Virus record (IMG/VR): IMGVR_UViG_3300046000_008568 | Span: 30,501-94,500 of that record | Source: a virus | Lineage: Duplodnaviria > Heunggongvirae > Uroviricota > Caudoviricetes | Length of the DNA: 64,000 nucleotides | Reading direction: 5' to 3' (one strand) | In this document: positions 47,866 through 56,001 of the stretch, piece after piece | Layout of the letters: every line of letters starts with the position of its first letter | Position numbering within the stretch: position 1 is the stretch's first letter | Position numbers and translations under genes: made by a program | The notes under the pieces: generated by a model | Told to the model about the DNA's origin: nothing | Database searches by the model: none | The model's input: the letters and a program-made list of their open reading frames with translations, nothing else

Positions 47866-48516
47866 ATGACCAAATTAGAACAAAAACAACAAGAATATAT
47901 TGATTTACTTAGAAATCAATTATTAGATATCTGTATGATGTCTAAAATTGAATTAGGAGATGATGTCATTAAAGAATTTCTCCTAATCCAAGCAGAAATT
48001 GAACACCTAAAACAACATTTAGTACCCTTCGTAGACGAAGTAGAAGAATTTAATGCCACAATGGGCAAACCAAACAATTATGAACCAATTATCCCCGAAA
48101 GAAAAGAATGGGAATTTGTATACAATTTCGTCCTTGAAGAACTTGAAGAATATAGAGAAGCTTGCGAAAGAGGAGACATCGTTGAGATTTTGGACGCTTT
48201 GTGTGATATTACTTATGTTTCCCTTGGGAACGGTGCTATGTTACATGGCCTTAAGGATAAGGTATGGCCGGCATATCAAGAGGTACAAGCATCAAATATG
48301 TCGAAAGCTTGTAAAACTGAAGACGAAGCCTTACAGACTGTCATTAAAAGAACAATCGAACAGGGCGAAGCATGTCATCACGAAAAAGTTGGAGAGTATT
48401 ATATCGTCTATAGAAGTAGAGATAGAAAAGTAATGAAAAATATAAATTACTTTAGACCCGATTTATCACAATTCTTCACTGAAGAACAACTAAGTAAATT
48501 TAACAGAATTAAATAA
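47866..48516 (+). CDS. MazG-like/all-alpha NTP pyrophosphatase
   Basis: EELEEY..EILDALCDITY..VQASNMSK; GTTATG start at 47866. Confidence 0.75.
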   Translation: MTKLEQKQQEYIDLLRNQLLDICMMSKIELGDDVIKEFLLIQAEIEHLKQHLVPFVDEVEEFNATMGKPNNYEPIIPERKEWEFVYNFVLEELEEYREACERGDIVEILDALCDITYVSLGNGAMLHGLKDKVWPAYQEVQASNMSKACKTEDEALQTVIKRTIEQGEACHHEKVGEYYIVYRSRDRKVMKNINYFRPDLSQFFTEEQLSKFNRIK

Positions 48517-48538
48517 TTATTAACCAAAACCAAAAACG

Positions 48539-48895
48539 ATGACAATTTTAACATCAATTATTTTAGTAGCAGCTATTGTACTAGTAGCAGCATTTATTGC
48601 ATACCAAATGCAAAAAGGAACAAAACCTATGTCCGAATTTAAAGCAGACTTTGACAACAATGCCGAAGTACAAGAATTAGCAGAATTAGCTAAAGAACTT
48701 TACAACAAAGACTTACGTCCTATTGTAGCTAAAAAAGCACCTAAAACTAAAAAACCAGAATTTCCTATCGATCAACCAGTTAAGGAGGAAAAAGTAACCG
48801 AAATATCTCAACCAGTTGTAACAGTAAATGTTGAGGTAGCAAAACCGAAGAAAAAAAGAAAATATTACCCTAAAAAGAAAAAGACTCAAGAGTAA
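48539..48895 (+). CDS. Membrane-anchored protein with Lys-rich C-terminus
   Basis: N-terminal TM, KPKKKRKYYPKKK tail. Confidence 0.55.
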   Translation: MTILTSIILVAAIVLVAAFIAYQMQKGTKPMSEFKADFDNNAEVQELAELAKELYNKDLRPIVAKKAPKTKKPEFPIDQPVKEEKVTEISQPVVTVNVEVAKPKKKRKYYPKKKKTQE

Positions 48896-48896
48896 T

Positions 48897-48904
48897 ATAT
48901 TTAT
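48897..48904 (+). promoter_or_regulatory. ATATTTAT putative late-promoter motif heading the GT cluster
   Basis: No upstream TTG box at the 20-nt spacing. Confidence 0.4.
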
Positions 48905-48920
48905 CGGAAAATAAATCGTT

Positions 48921-50201
48921 ATGCCAAAACAAAAGGTTTCAAATGAAACAATATTTGTACAAATCGCTTCGTACAGAGACCCAGAATTATTATCTACTAT
49001 TAAAGATTGTTTAGCTAATGCTAAATATCCTGAAAATCTACGTATTTGTATTGCTTGGCAACACGCTGAAGAAGATGAATGGGATAATTTAGATGAGTAT
49101 AAAAACGATCCACGTTTTAAAATAATGGATATCCATTACAAAGACGCTAAAGGAGTATGCTGGGCTAGAAACAGATTACAAAGACATTATAACGGAGAAA
49201 AATATACATTACATTTAGATTCTCATCACCGGTTCTCTAAGAATTGGGATGAGACTCTAATTAATATGTTAAAAGGTCTTCAAAAGAAAGGTCATAAAAA
49301 ACCATTACTTACCGCCTATTTACCTGGATACTTCCCAAATAATGATCCTGAAGGGCGTAATAATGAAGTATGGTTTACTAATTGTGATAGATATATGCCT
49401 GAAGGTCCTATATTTATTGCTCCTGGTCACGTACCAAATTGGGAAACTATTAAAGAACCAATCCCCGCTAGATTTTATTCAGGACATTTTGGATTTACCT
49501 TAGGTGAATTTACTTATGATGTACCTCACGATCCTGAACTTTACTTCCATGGTGAAGAAACATCTATATCAGCTCGAGCATTTACTCACGGATATGATTT
49601 GTTTCACCCTCACATTCCTGTTATTTGGCATGAATATACTAGAGAAGGAAAGAAACGTCATTGGGACGATCATCAATTTTCCCCATTAGATAAAGCTTCA
49701 TTTAAAAAATATAGAGCATTATTTGGAATAGATGGTGAAAGCAGAGAAGACATGGATTTTGTCGGGCTTGACTTAGGAAAAGAACGTACATTGGCTGAAT
49801 TTGAACGTTATATTGGAGTAGATTTTAAAGGTAAACGAATTCAAAAACATACATCCGATCAAAAAATGCTTCCTATACCGGAAATGACAGAAGAAGAATG
49901 GGAATCAAATTTTGTAAACCGTTTCAAATACTGTATCGATCTTTATAAACCATCAGTACCTGATGAAGATTATGATTGTTGGGTAATAGCATTTAAAGAT
50001 AAAGACGGTGTTGAAATAGCTAGGATGGATGCCGATAAAGATGAAATTGCTAGAATTAAACAATCTAATCCTACTGGTCAATTTTATAATATATGGAGAG
50101 AATTTGACTGTTTAGAACACCCTAAAAGCTGGTTACTATGGCCACACAGTCCATCTAAAGAATGGGATCATGAAATTATAAAAAACGAAATACCTTACTA
50201 A
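48921..50201 (+). CDS. GT60-like (Skp1-hydroxyproline/polypeptide GlcNAc-transferase-like) glycosyltransferase 1
   Basis: IFVQIASYRDPEL, AKGVCWAR, LDSHHRF, YFHGEE, ARAFTHGYDLFHP. Confidence 0.75.
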   Translation: MPKQKVSNETIFVQIASYRDPELLSTIKDCLANAKYPENLRICIAWQHAEEDEWDNLDEYKNDPRFKIMDIHYKDAKGVCWARNRLQRHYNGEKYTLHLDSHHRFSKNWDETLINMLKGLQKKGHKKPLLTAYLPGYFPNNDPEGRNNEVWFTNCDRYMPEGPIFIAPGHVPNWETIKEPIPARFYSGHFGFTLGEFTYDVPHDPELYFHGEETSISARAFTHGYDLFHPHIPVIWHEYTREGKKRHWDDHQFSPLDKASFKKYRALFGIDGESREDMDFVGLDLGKERTLAEFERYIGVDFKGKRIQKHTSDQKMLPIPEMTEEEWESNFVNRFKYCIDLYKPSVPDEDYDCWVIAFKDKDGVEIARMDADKDEIARIKQSNPTGQFYNIWREFDCLEHPKSWLLWPHSPSKEWDHEIIKNEIPY

Positions 50202-51487
50202 TGAAAAAACCAAATAGTAGAAAAATATTCATCCACTTACCAGCATACAGAGAACCAGAATTAATTCCTACAATTAAATCTGCTTTAGAAAATGCTAAGT
50301 ATCCAAAACGTTTAGTATTTGGTATTTGTCGACAATTTAATCCTGAAGATGGATTTGATAATATTGATGAGTATAGAAACGATAAACGTTTTAAAATTAT
50401 AGATATACCTTACGAGCAAGCAAAGGGATTACCTTATGCTCGTTATCAAATTAACACATTGTTAACTGATGAAGAATATATATGTCAATTAGACTCACAT
50501 CATAGATTTGCACAAGATTGGGATGTTACCTTAATTGAAATGCACGACCAATTAAAAGCTAAGGGACATAAAAAACCTATATTAGCTGCTTATTTACCTT
50601 ATTATAATCCGTTTAATGATCCTGCTGAACGTACTATGGAACCATGGCAACAAACATTTGCTTGTTTTTATCCTCATGGAACAATTTTCATTAGACCGGG
50701 ACTATTACATGGTTGGCAGGACATGAAAGAACCACCCCCATCAAGATTTTTATCCGGGCATTTTTGCTTTGCTGATGGACATTGGGCTAAAACAGTTTTA
50801 CATGATGCTGATATCTTCTTTAGTGGTGAGGAATTAAATTTAACTGTACGTTCTTATACTCACGGTTATGATATGTTTCATCCTCATAAATTAGTAGTTT
50901 GGCATGCTACTATGAGAGAAGAACGTAGTGGTAAATTAGTATGGGACGATCAAAGTAAACGAGGTGAAGATTGGTGGTCTCAACAAGATAGTGCTAGAGC
51001 TAAAATTAGACAATTACTTCAAACCGAAGAGAATGGTTTTGATTTAACTGGGTATGATTTAGGAACAGAACGTACTTTAAAAGACTATGAAAAATATGCC
51101 GGTATTCACTTTAAAAAACGCTCAGTACAAAAATATACTTTAGATAATAATTATCCTCCTAACCCATATTATTTAGATGATCAAGAATGGGAAAATTCAT
51201 TTATGTTTTCATTCTATCATTTAATCCAATTTAGTAAAGCTACATTTAAACATGATGATTACGATTTCTGGGTTTGTGCTTTTGACGATGAAAATGGAAA
51301 AGAAGTATGGAGAGAAGATTATCAAGAACATCAAATTAAAGGAATACTTAATTCCCCTGGAGATTGGTATAATGAAGAAAAATTCTTCTTAACCGAAACT
51401 ATTCCTACTCGTTGGGTGATTTGGGCACATAGTAAATCTCAAGGATGGGTAGAGCGAATTGAAGAACAAATTAATTATAAAAAATAA
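50201..51487 (+). CDS. GT60-like glycosyltransferase 2 (tandem paralog)
   Basis: IFIHLPAYREPEL, AKGLPYAR, LDSHHRF, FFSGEE, RSYTHGYDMFHP. Confidence 0.75.
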   Translation: MKKPNSRKIFIHLPAYREPELIPTIKSALENAKYPKRLVFGICRQFNPEDGFDNIDEYRNDKRFKIIDIPYEQAKGLPYARYQINTLLTDEEYICQLDSHHRFAQDWDVTLIEMHDQLKAKGHKKPILAAYLPYYNPFNDPAERTMEPWQQTFACFYPHGTIFIRPGLLHGWQDMKEPPPSRFLSGHFCFADGHWAKTVLHDADIFFSGEELNLTVRSYTHGYDMFHPHKLVVWHATMREERSGKLVWDDQSKRGEDWWSQQDSARAKIRQLLQTEENGFDLTGYDLGTERTLKDYEKYAGIHFKKRSVQKYTLDNNYPPNPYYLDDQEWENSFMFSFYHLIQFSKATFKHDDYDFWVCAFDDENGKEVWREDYQEHQIKGILNSPGDWYNEEKFFLTETIPTRWVIWAHSKSQGWVERIEEQINYKK

Positions 51488-52492
51488 ATGAAATTTATAG
51501 TTACAATAGCGGGCCCAACTATGATGTATCGATTAGATATTATAAAAAAATCTAGCCCGGATATTATTAAAGATTATGTAATTATTTTTACGGATAGGTA
51601 TTCTTATAATTTGTATAAGGAAAAAGGTTATCATAATGATTTTAATTTTGTTATAATAGATGATATTAGAAATAATTTTCCTATTAGTTTAGAATACGAA
51701 CAAATATTAGAATTACCTACGGAAGAAGAATACTTAAAAAATTTATATACTTTTTATAATGGTAGTAATAAAAAACTTTTTCCGTATGATATACATCGTT
51801 TCATATTACCTTATTTAGCAGAACAAAATATTTTAAATTTTGCTATTGTTGATTCTGATATGATTTTAAACAATGATAAAGATTTTTTAACCGAATATTT
51901 TAAATCGCTTCCACAATCTTACCTCTACATGCATATGCATGATTATGATCTAGAATTACAACCTAGATTATCCTTATTTCTAAAAAATCAACACCTCTAC
52001 CCAGAAATAAATTTCAACGTAGACCAAATGAATAAAGCTGATGGTTATGTTAGAGGATTTAATTTTAATTCTAAAGAAGATTTATTATTATTTTTTAATA
52101 TATGGAATAAAACAATTGAAGAATATTTTACTTCATCTGACCACGATCATAAAATTGGTGGGGGGAATCTTATTTTAGATTTAGCATTTATATGTCCTTA
52201 TGTAATGCAATTTTTTAAAAGTAAAGGATATACATTTGAAGATTGTCATATAAGCAGAGACATTCGTGGCCAAAGATGCTATCAACATTGCACCCGCCCA
52301 GAAGATACTTTTTACTTTGGAGCTAGATTTGGATGGGGTCATTATAATTTTAATTATTCTGATGTTAGTAATATTTCTAATTTTATAAAAAATAATAAAA
52401 ATCAATTAAGAGAATATTATAATAATCGTCTATCTGTAACCGGTATAACTGATACTCATGTTTATACCACAATTAATGAAAATATACAATGA
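51488..52492 (+). CDS. Putative GT-A glycosyltransferase
   Basis: AIVDSDM DxD motif; cluster context. Confidence 0.45.
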   Translation: MKFIVTIAGPTMMYRLDIIKKSSPDIIKDYVIIFTDRYSYNLYKEKGYHNDFNFVIIDDIRNNFPISLEYEQILELPTEEEYLKNLYTFYNGSNKKLFPYDIHRFILPYLAEQNILNFAIVDSDMILNNDKDFLTEYFKSLPQSYLYMHMHDYDLELQPRLSLFLKNQHLYPEINFNVDQMNKADGYVRGFNFNSKEDLLLFFNIWNKTIEEYFTSSDHDHKIGGGNLILDLAFICPYVMQFFKSKGYTFEDCHISRDIRGQRCYQHCTRPEDTFYFGARFGWGHYNFNYSDVSNISNFIKNNKNQLREYYNNRLSVTGITDTHVYTTINENIQ

Positions 52493-53295
52493 TCATAAAT
52501 AGAAGTAATAATATATATGATGAATTACCTAAATTTAATGTAATTCATGGATGTGGGGTTAATAATTTTAGAAATGATGAATACATTGTACCTTTTGTAT
52601 CTAAAGATATAAAAGTGGTAATGATATCTAATTTTAGGCATCAAAGTTCTTTTCCTGAACAATATGAGAATTCTGATAGATTAGATTTTACTTTTATAGA
52701 ATTACCAACTTTTAAATGTTGGATTGATAAAATAGAACCTTTACTTAATTTAGCCAAATCTATAGATAATAAATACATAATGTATTTAGATACTAGTGAT
52801 ACTGTATTATTAACTAATCTTTTAGATCCTAAAAGTTTATTAGATAAATATAAGTGTAAAGTTTTATTTAATGCTGAAGATGATTATTCTAATCCTGGTC
52901 ACCCGTGTGATCCTAAACTTTGGTTAAATGATTATCCTACTTATTATAAAGATAAGGATGCGGTAATAATAAAAAATAAATCAAATTTAGCTAGTAAGAT
53001 GAATACTAATGGGTTTACTAGATCTTTAAATGCTGGGGTATTTTTAGGAGAAAGAGAATTTTTAATAGAGGTACTTCAAAAAATACTAGATTTAATGAAC
53101 GATGATCCCTCAAAAGGATACCCATACGGGGAATCAGACGATCAAGTCCTCTGGCAACATATGATGTCTCTTTATGAAAATAATGAAATAGAAATAGATT
53201 ATTATAATTTATTTTTTCTTTGGACTCATTCTAGAAAATTTGATTTCCCTCATGACCATTGGGAGCATTTTAACTATTTCAATAACATAAATTAA
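52489..53295 (+). CDS. PLOD/LH3 glycosyltransferase-domain-like protein
   Basis: YLDTSDTV, VLFNAE, LNAGVFLG, SDDQ in the order of the PLOD GT domain. Confidence 0.6.
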   Translation: MIINRSNNIYDELPKFNVIHGCGVNNFRNDEYIVPFVSKDIKVVMISNFRHQSSFPEQYENSDRLDFTFIELPTFKCWIDKIEPLLNLAKSIDNKYIMYLDTSDTVLLTNLLDPKSLLDKYKCKVLFNAEDDYSNPGHPCDPKLWLNDYPTYYKDKDAVIIKNKSNLASKMNTNGFTRSLNAGVFLGEREFLIEVLQKILDLMNDDPSKGYPYGESDDQVLWQHMMSLYENNEIEIDYYNLFFLWTHSRKFDFPHDHWEHFNYFNNIN

Positions 53296-53318
53296 TATTA
53301 ATAAACTAAAAACAAAAT

Positions 53319-54128
53319 ATGAACCAAGTTGTAATAACCCTTACCACAATCCCATCTAGACTAACCCCAGAAAATTTTGAAGAGGGAATTAAAAGTAATA
53401 TTGAATCTTTATTAAATCAAGACTATGAAGGAGAATATGAAATACATTTTAATGTACCTTCTATGTTAAAACAGACTAGTACTGAATATATCATACCTGA
53501 ATGGATAAGAGAAATAGCTAATACTAATCCTAAATTTAAAATATTTGATAACTTAGAAGATCTAGGCCCTGTTACTAAAATAGTACACACTTTAAAAAGA
53601 GTAACAGACCCTGAAGCAATCCTAATAGTATGTGATGATGATTTAGTATACCACCCAGGAATGGTAGCGGAACAAGTAAAAAATCAAAACAAACATCATA
53701 ATACCGCAGTAGGATATGATGGAATAGGAGCACTTGACCCTACAATATTTAATGATATACGATATCATTATGTAGTATCGGTACCTCAAGATATAGAGGT
53801 AAACATATTGCAACATTATAAAACGGTATCATATAGACGTAGATTTTTTGGAGATGACTTTTGGGCAGATTTTGCTTCCCATTCATGGAATGATGATATT
53901 TCTGTAGCCGCTCATATGGGTAAGCAAGGTATCAAAAAACTAGTTGCTTGTTATGAACATGAAGAACCACTACTTACTATTGAAGAATGGAGAGCAAAAG
54001 GTGGTGTTACTACATTTCCTGTATTAAGACACACATCTCACGAACGAGAAGAAGGATGTACTTTATATAGAGATAATCAAGTAAACGATAACCACATGTA
54101 TTTTCATAGAGCAGGATACATCAGATAA
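53319..54128 (+). CDS. GT2-like glycosyltransferase
   Basis: VITLTTIPSRL, DLGPVTK, IVCDDD, NDDI. Confidence 0.7.
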   Translation: MNQVVITLTTIPSRLTPENFEEGIKSNIESLLNQDYEGEYEIHFNVPSMLKQTSTEYIIPEWIREIANTNPKFKIFDNLEDLGPVTKIVHTLKRVTDPEAILIVCDDDLVYHPGMVAEQVKNQNKHHNTAVGYDGIGALDPTIFNDIRYHYVVSVPQDIEVNILQHYKTVSYRRRFFGDDFWADFASHSWNDDISVAAHMGKQGIKKLVACYEHEEPLLTIEEWRAKGGVTTFPVLRHTSHEREEGCTLYRDNQVNDNHMYFHRAGYIR

Positions 54129-54144
54129 TACATAAAACTAAAAC

Positions 54145-55974
54145 ATGGGTATAGTTATAAAAACCGAAGATACTGCTTTTAATTTAGAAAACATTAAATC
54201 TCAATTAAGTACTTTAAGTCCTGATGAAAAAACTAAATTATTAGAATACTTATCTGCTACTCCACAACTAGATATAACAAATAATGATATAACATTAGTT
54301 ACTGGTTTATGGAATATAAGTCGAGTAGGTAGAGATTTTGATCATTACATTGAACATTTTAAAAACTTCTTAGATATTCCTATGAAGATGTTTATTTATG
54401 TTCCCCAAGAATTAGAATACTTAGTTTGGGAAAAACGTTCTAAAGAAAATACACATGTTAGAACATTTGAATTAAATAACATTAAAGATAATTTCTATGC
54501 TCCATTTTGGGATAAAACCCAAGAAATTAGAAATAATCCTGAATGGTTAAATCAAACTGGAGAACATGGATGGTTACCTAATAGCCCTCAAGCATCAAAT
54601 GAATGGTATAATCCAATTGTACAATCAAAAATGTTTATGCTTCACGACGCTAAAGTTATGAATGTATTTGATACAGATTATTTCCTTTGGTTAGATGCAG
54701 GTATCAGCAATACAGTATATGATAAACACTTTAGTTCAGATAAATGTTTAGACAAAATTACTCCATATCTAAGTACATTTTTATTTTTAAGTTATCCTTA
54801 TGAAGCAAAAGATGAAATTCATGGGTTTGATTTTAAAGCAATAAACAAATATGCTAGAGAAGAAGTAAAATATGTTTGTAGAGGCGGATTATTTGGAGGA
54901 CATAAAGACTTTCTCTCTCAAGCTAATGGAACTTATTATTCATTACTTCAAGATACATTAAATTCTGGATACATGGGTACTGAAGAGAGCATTTTTAGTA
55001 TAATGTCTCATTTAGAACCTCACATTTATAGACGTTACGCTTTAGATGGAAACGGATTAATTATAAAATTTACTCAAGCATTATTAGATGATCAAGTAGA
55101 ATTAGAAAATAATAGTACTCGTGCTCATGTTTTACCTAAAGGAATTTATACTCCACATAAAACTAAAACATCCCTCTACATGCTTACCTTTAACTTCCCA
55201 GAACAAATTAAGCATACCTTAGCTACTTGGGAAGAAAATTCATCTGATTGGCTTTCTAAACCTAGAAAAATATTATTAGACAATTCAACTGACTATGCAG
55301 CACAGGAAGATAATAAATTAGTTGCTCATCAATATGGGTTTGAATATATTTCATTAGAAGGAAACATAGGAATAAATGGTGGAAGATTATTTGCCGCTAA
55401 ACACTTTGATGAGTCTGATAGTGATTATTATTTCTTCTTTGAAGACGATATGGGGCTAAACCCAGCAAGTGATACTGGTTCATGTAGAAATGGATTTAAA
55501 AATCATATTCCTAATCTATATAAGCACGTTCACGAAATAATGGCTAGAGAAGAATTTGATTTCTTAAAACTATCATTTACAGAAGTATACATGGATAACA
55601 ATATCCAAGTATCATGGTATAATGTCCCTCAAGACTTCAGAAGTTTCCTATGGCCCGACTATGATCAACTCCCAGTTTCTGGTTTAGATCCGTATGCTCC
55701 AAGAACCAAATTTGATAAGGTAGAAGTCCACAATGAGGTATCGTATATTTCAGGAGAAATTTATTATTGCAACTGGCCTATGATTGTAAGTAGAGAGGGT
55801 AATAAGAAAATGTTTTTAGATGTAGAATGGGCTCACCCCTATGAACAAACTTGGATGAGTTATATGTTTCAAGAAACAGTTAAAGGAAATATTAAACCAG
55901 CAATATTATTAGCTTCCCCTGTATGGCATAATAGAATAGTCTATTATAAACCAGAAGAAAGACGTGAGAATTAA
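54145..55974 (+). CDS. Two-domain glycosyltransferase: HtrL/YibB-like plus GT-A
   Basis: ITLVTGLWNI, FLWLDAG, GGLFGG, GTEES; second domain FFFEDD. Confidence 0.7.
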   Translation: MGIVIKTEDTAFNLENIKSQLSTLSPDEKTKLLEYLSATPQLDITNNDITLVTGLWNISRVGRDFDHYIEHFKNFLDIPMKMFIYVPQELEYLVWEKRSKENTHVRTFELNNIKDNFYAPFWDKTQEIRNNPEWLNQTGEHGWLPNSPQASNEWYNPIVQSKMFMLHDAKVMNVFDTDYFLWLDAGISNTVYDKHFSSDKCLDKITPYLSTFLFLSYPYEAKDEIHGFDFKAINKYAREEVKYVCRGGLFGGHKDFLSQANGTYYSLLQDTLNSGYMGTEESIFSIMSHLEPHIYRRYALDGNGLIIKFTQALLDDQVELENNSTRAHVLPKGIYTPHKTKTSLYMLTFNFPEQIKHTLATWEENSSDWLSKPRKILLDNSTDYAAQEDNKLVAHQYGFEYISLEGNIGINGGRLFAAKHFDESDSDYYFFFEDDMGLNPASDTGSCRNGFKNHIPNLYKHVHEIMAREEFDFLKLSFTEVYMDNNIQVSWYNVPQDFRSFLWPDYDQLPVSGLDPYAPRTKFDKVEVHNEVSYISGEIYYCNWPMIVSREGNKKMFLDVEWAHPYEQTWMSYMFQETVKGNIKPAILLASPVWHNRIVYYKPEERREN

Positions 55975-56001
55975 AGAAAAAAATCGTATATTTAAAAGGT
56001 T

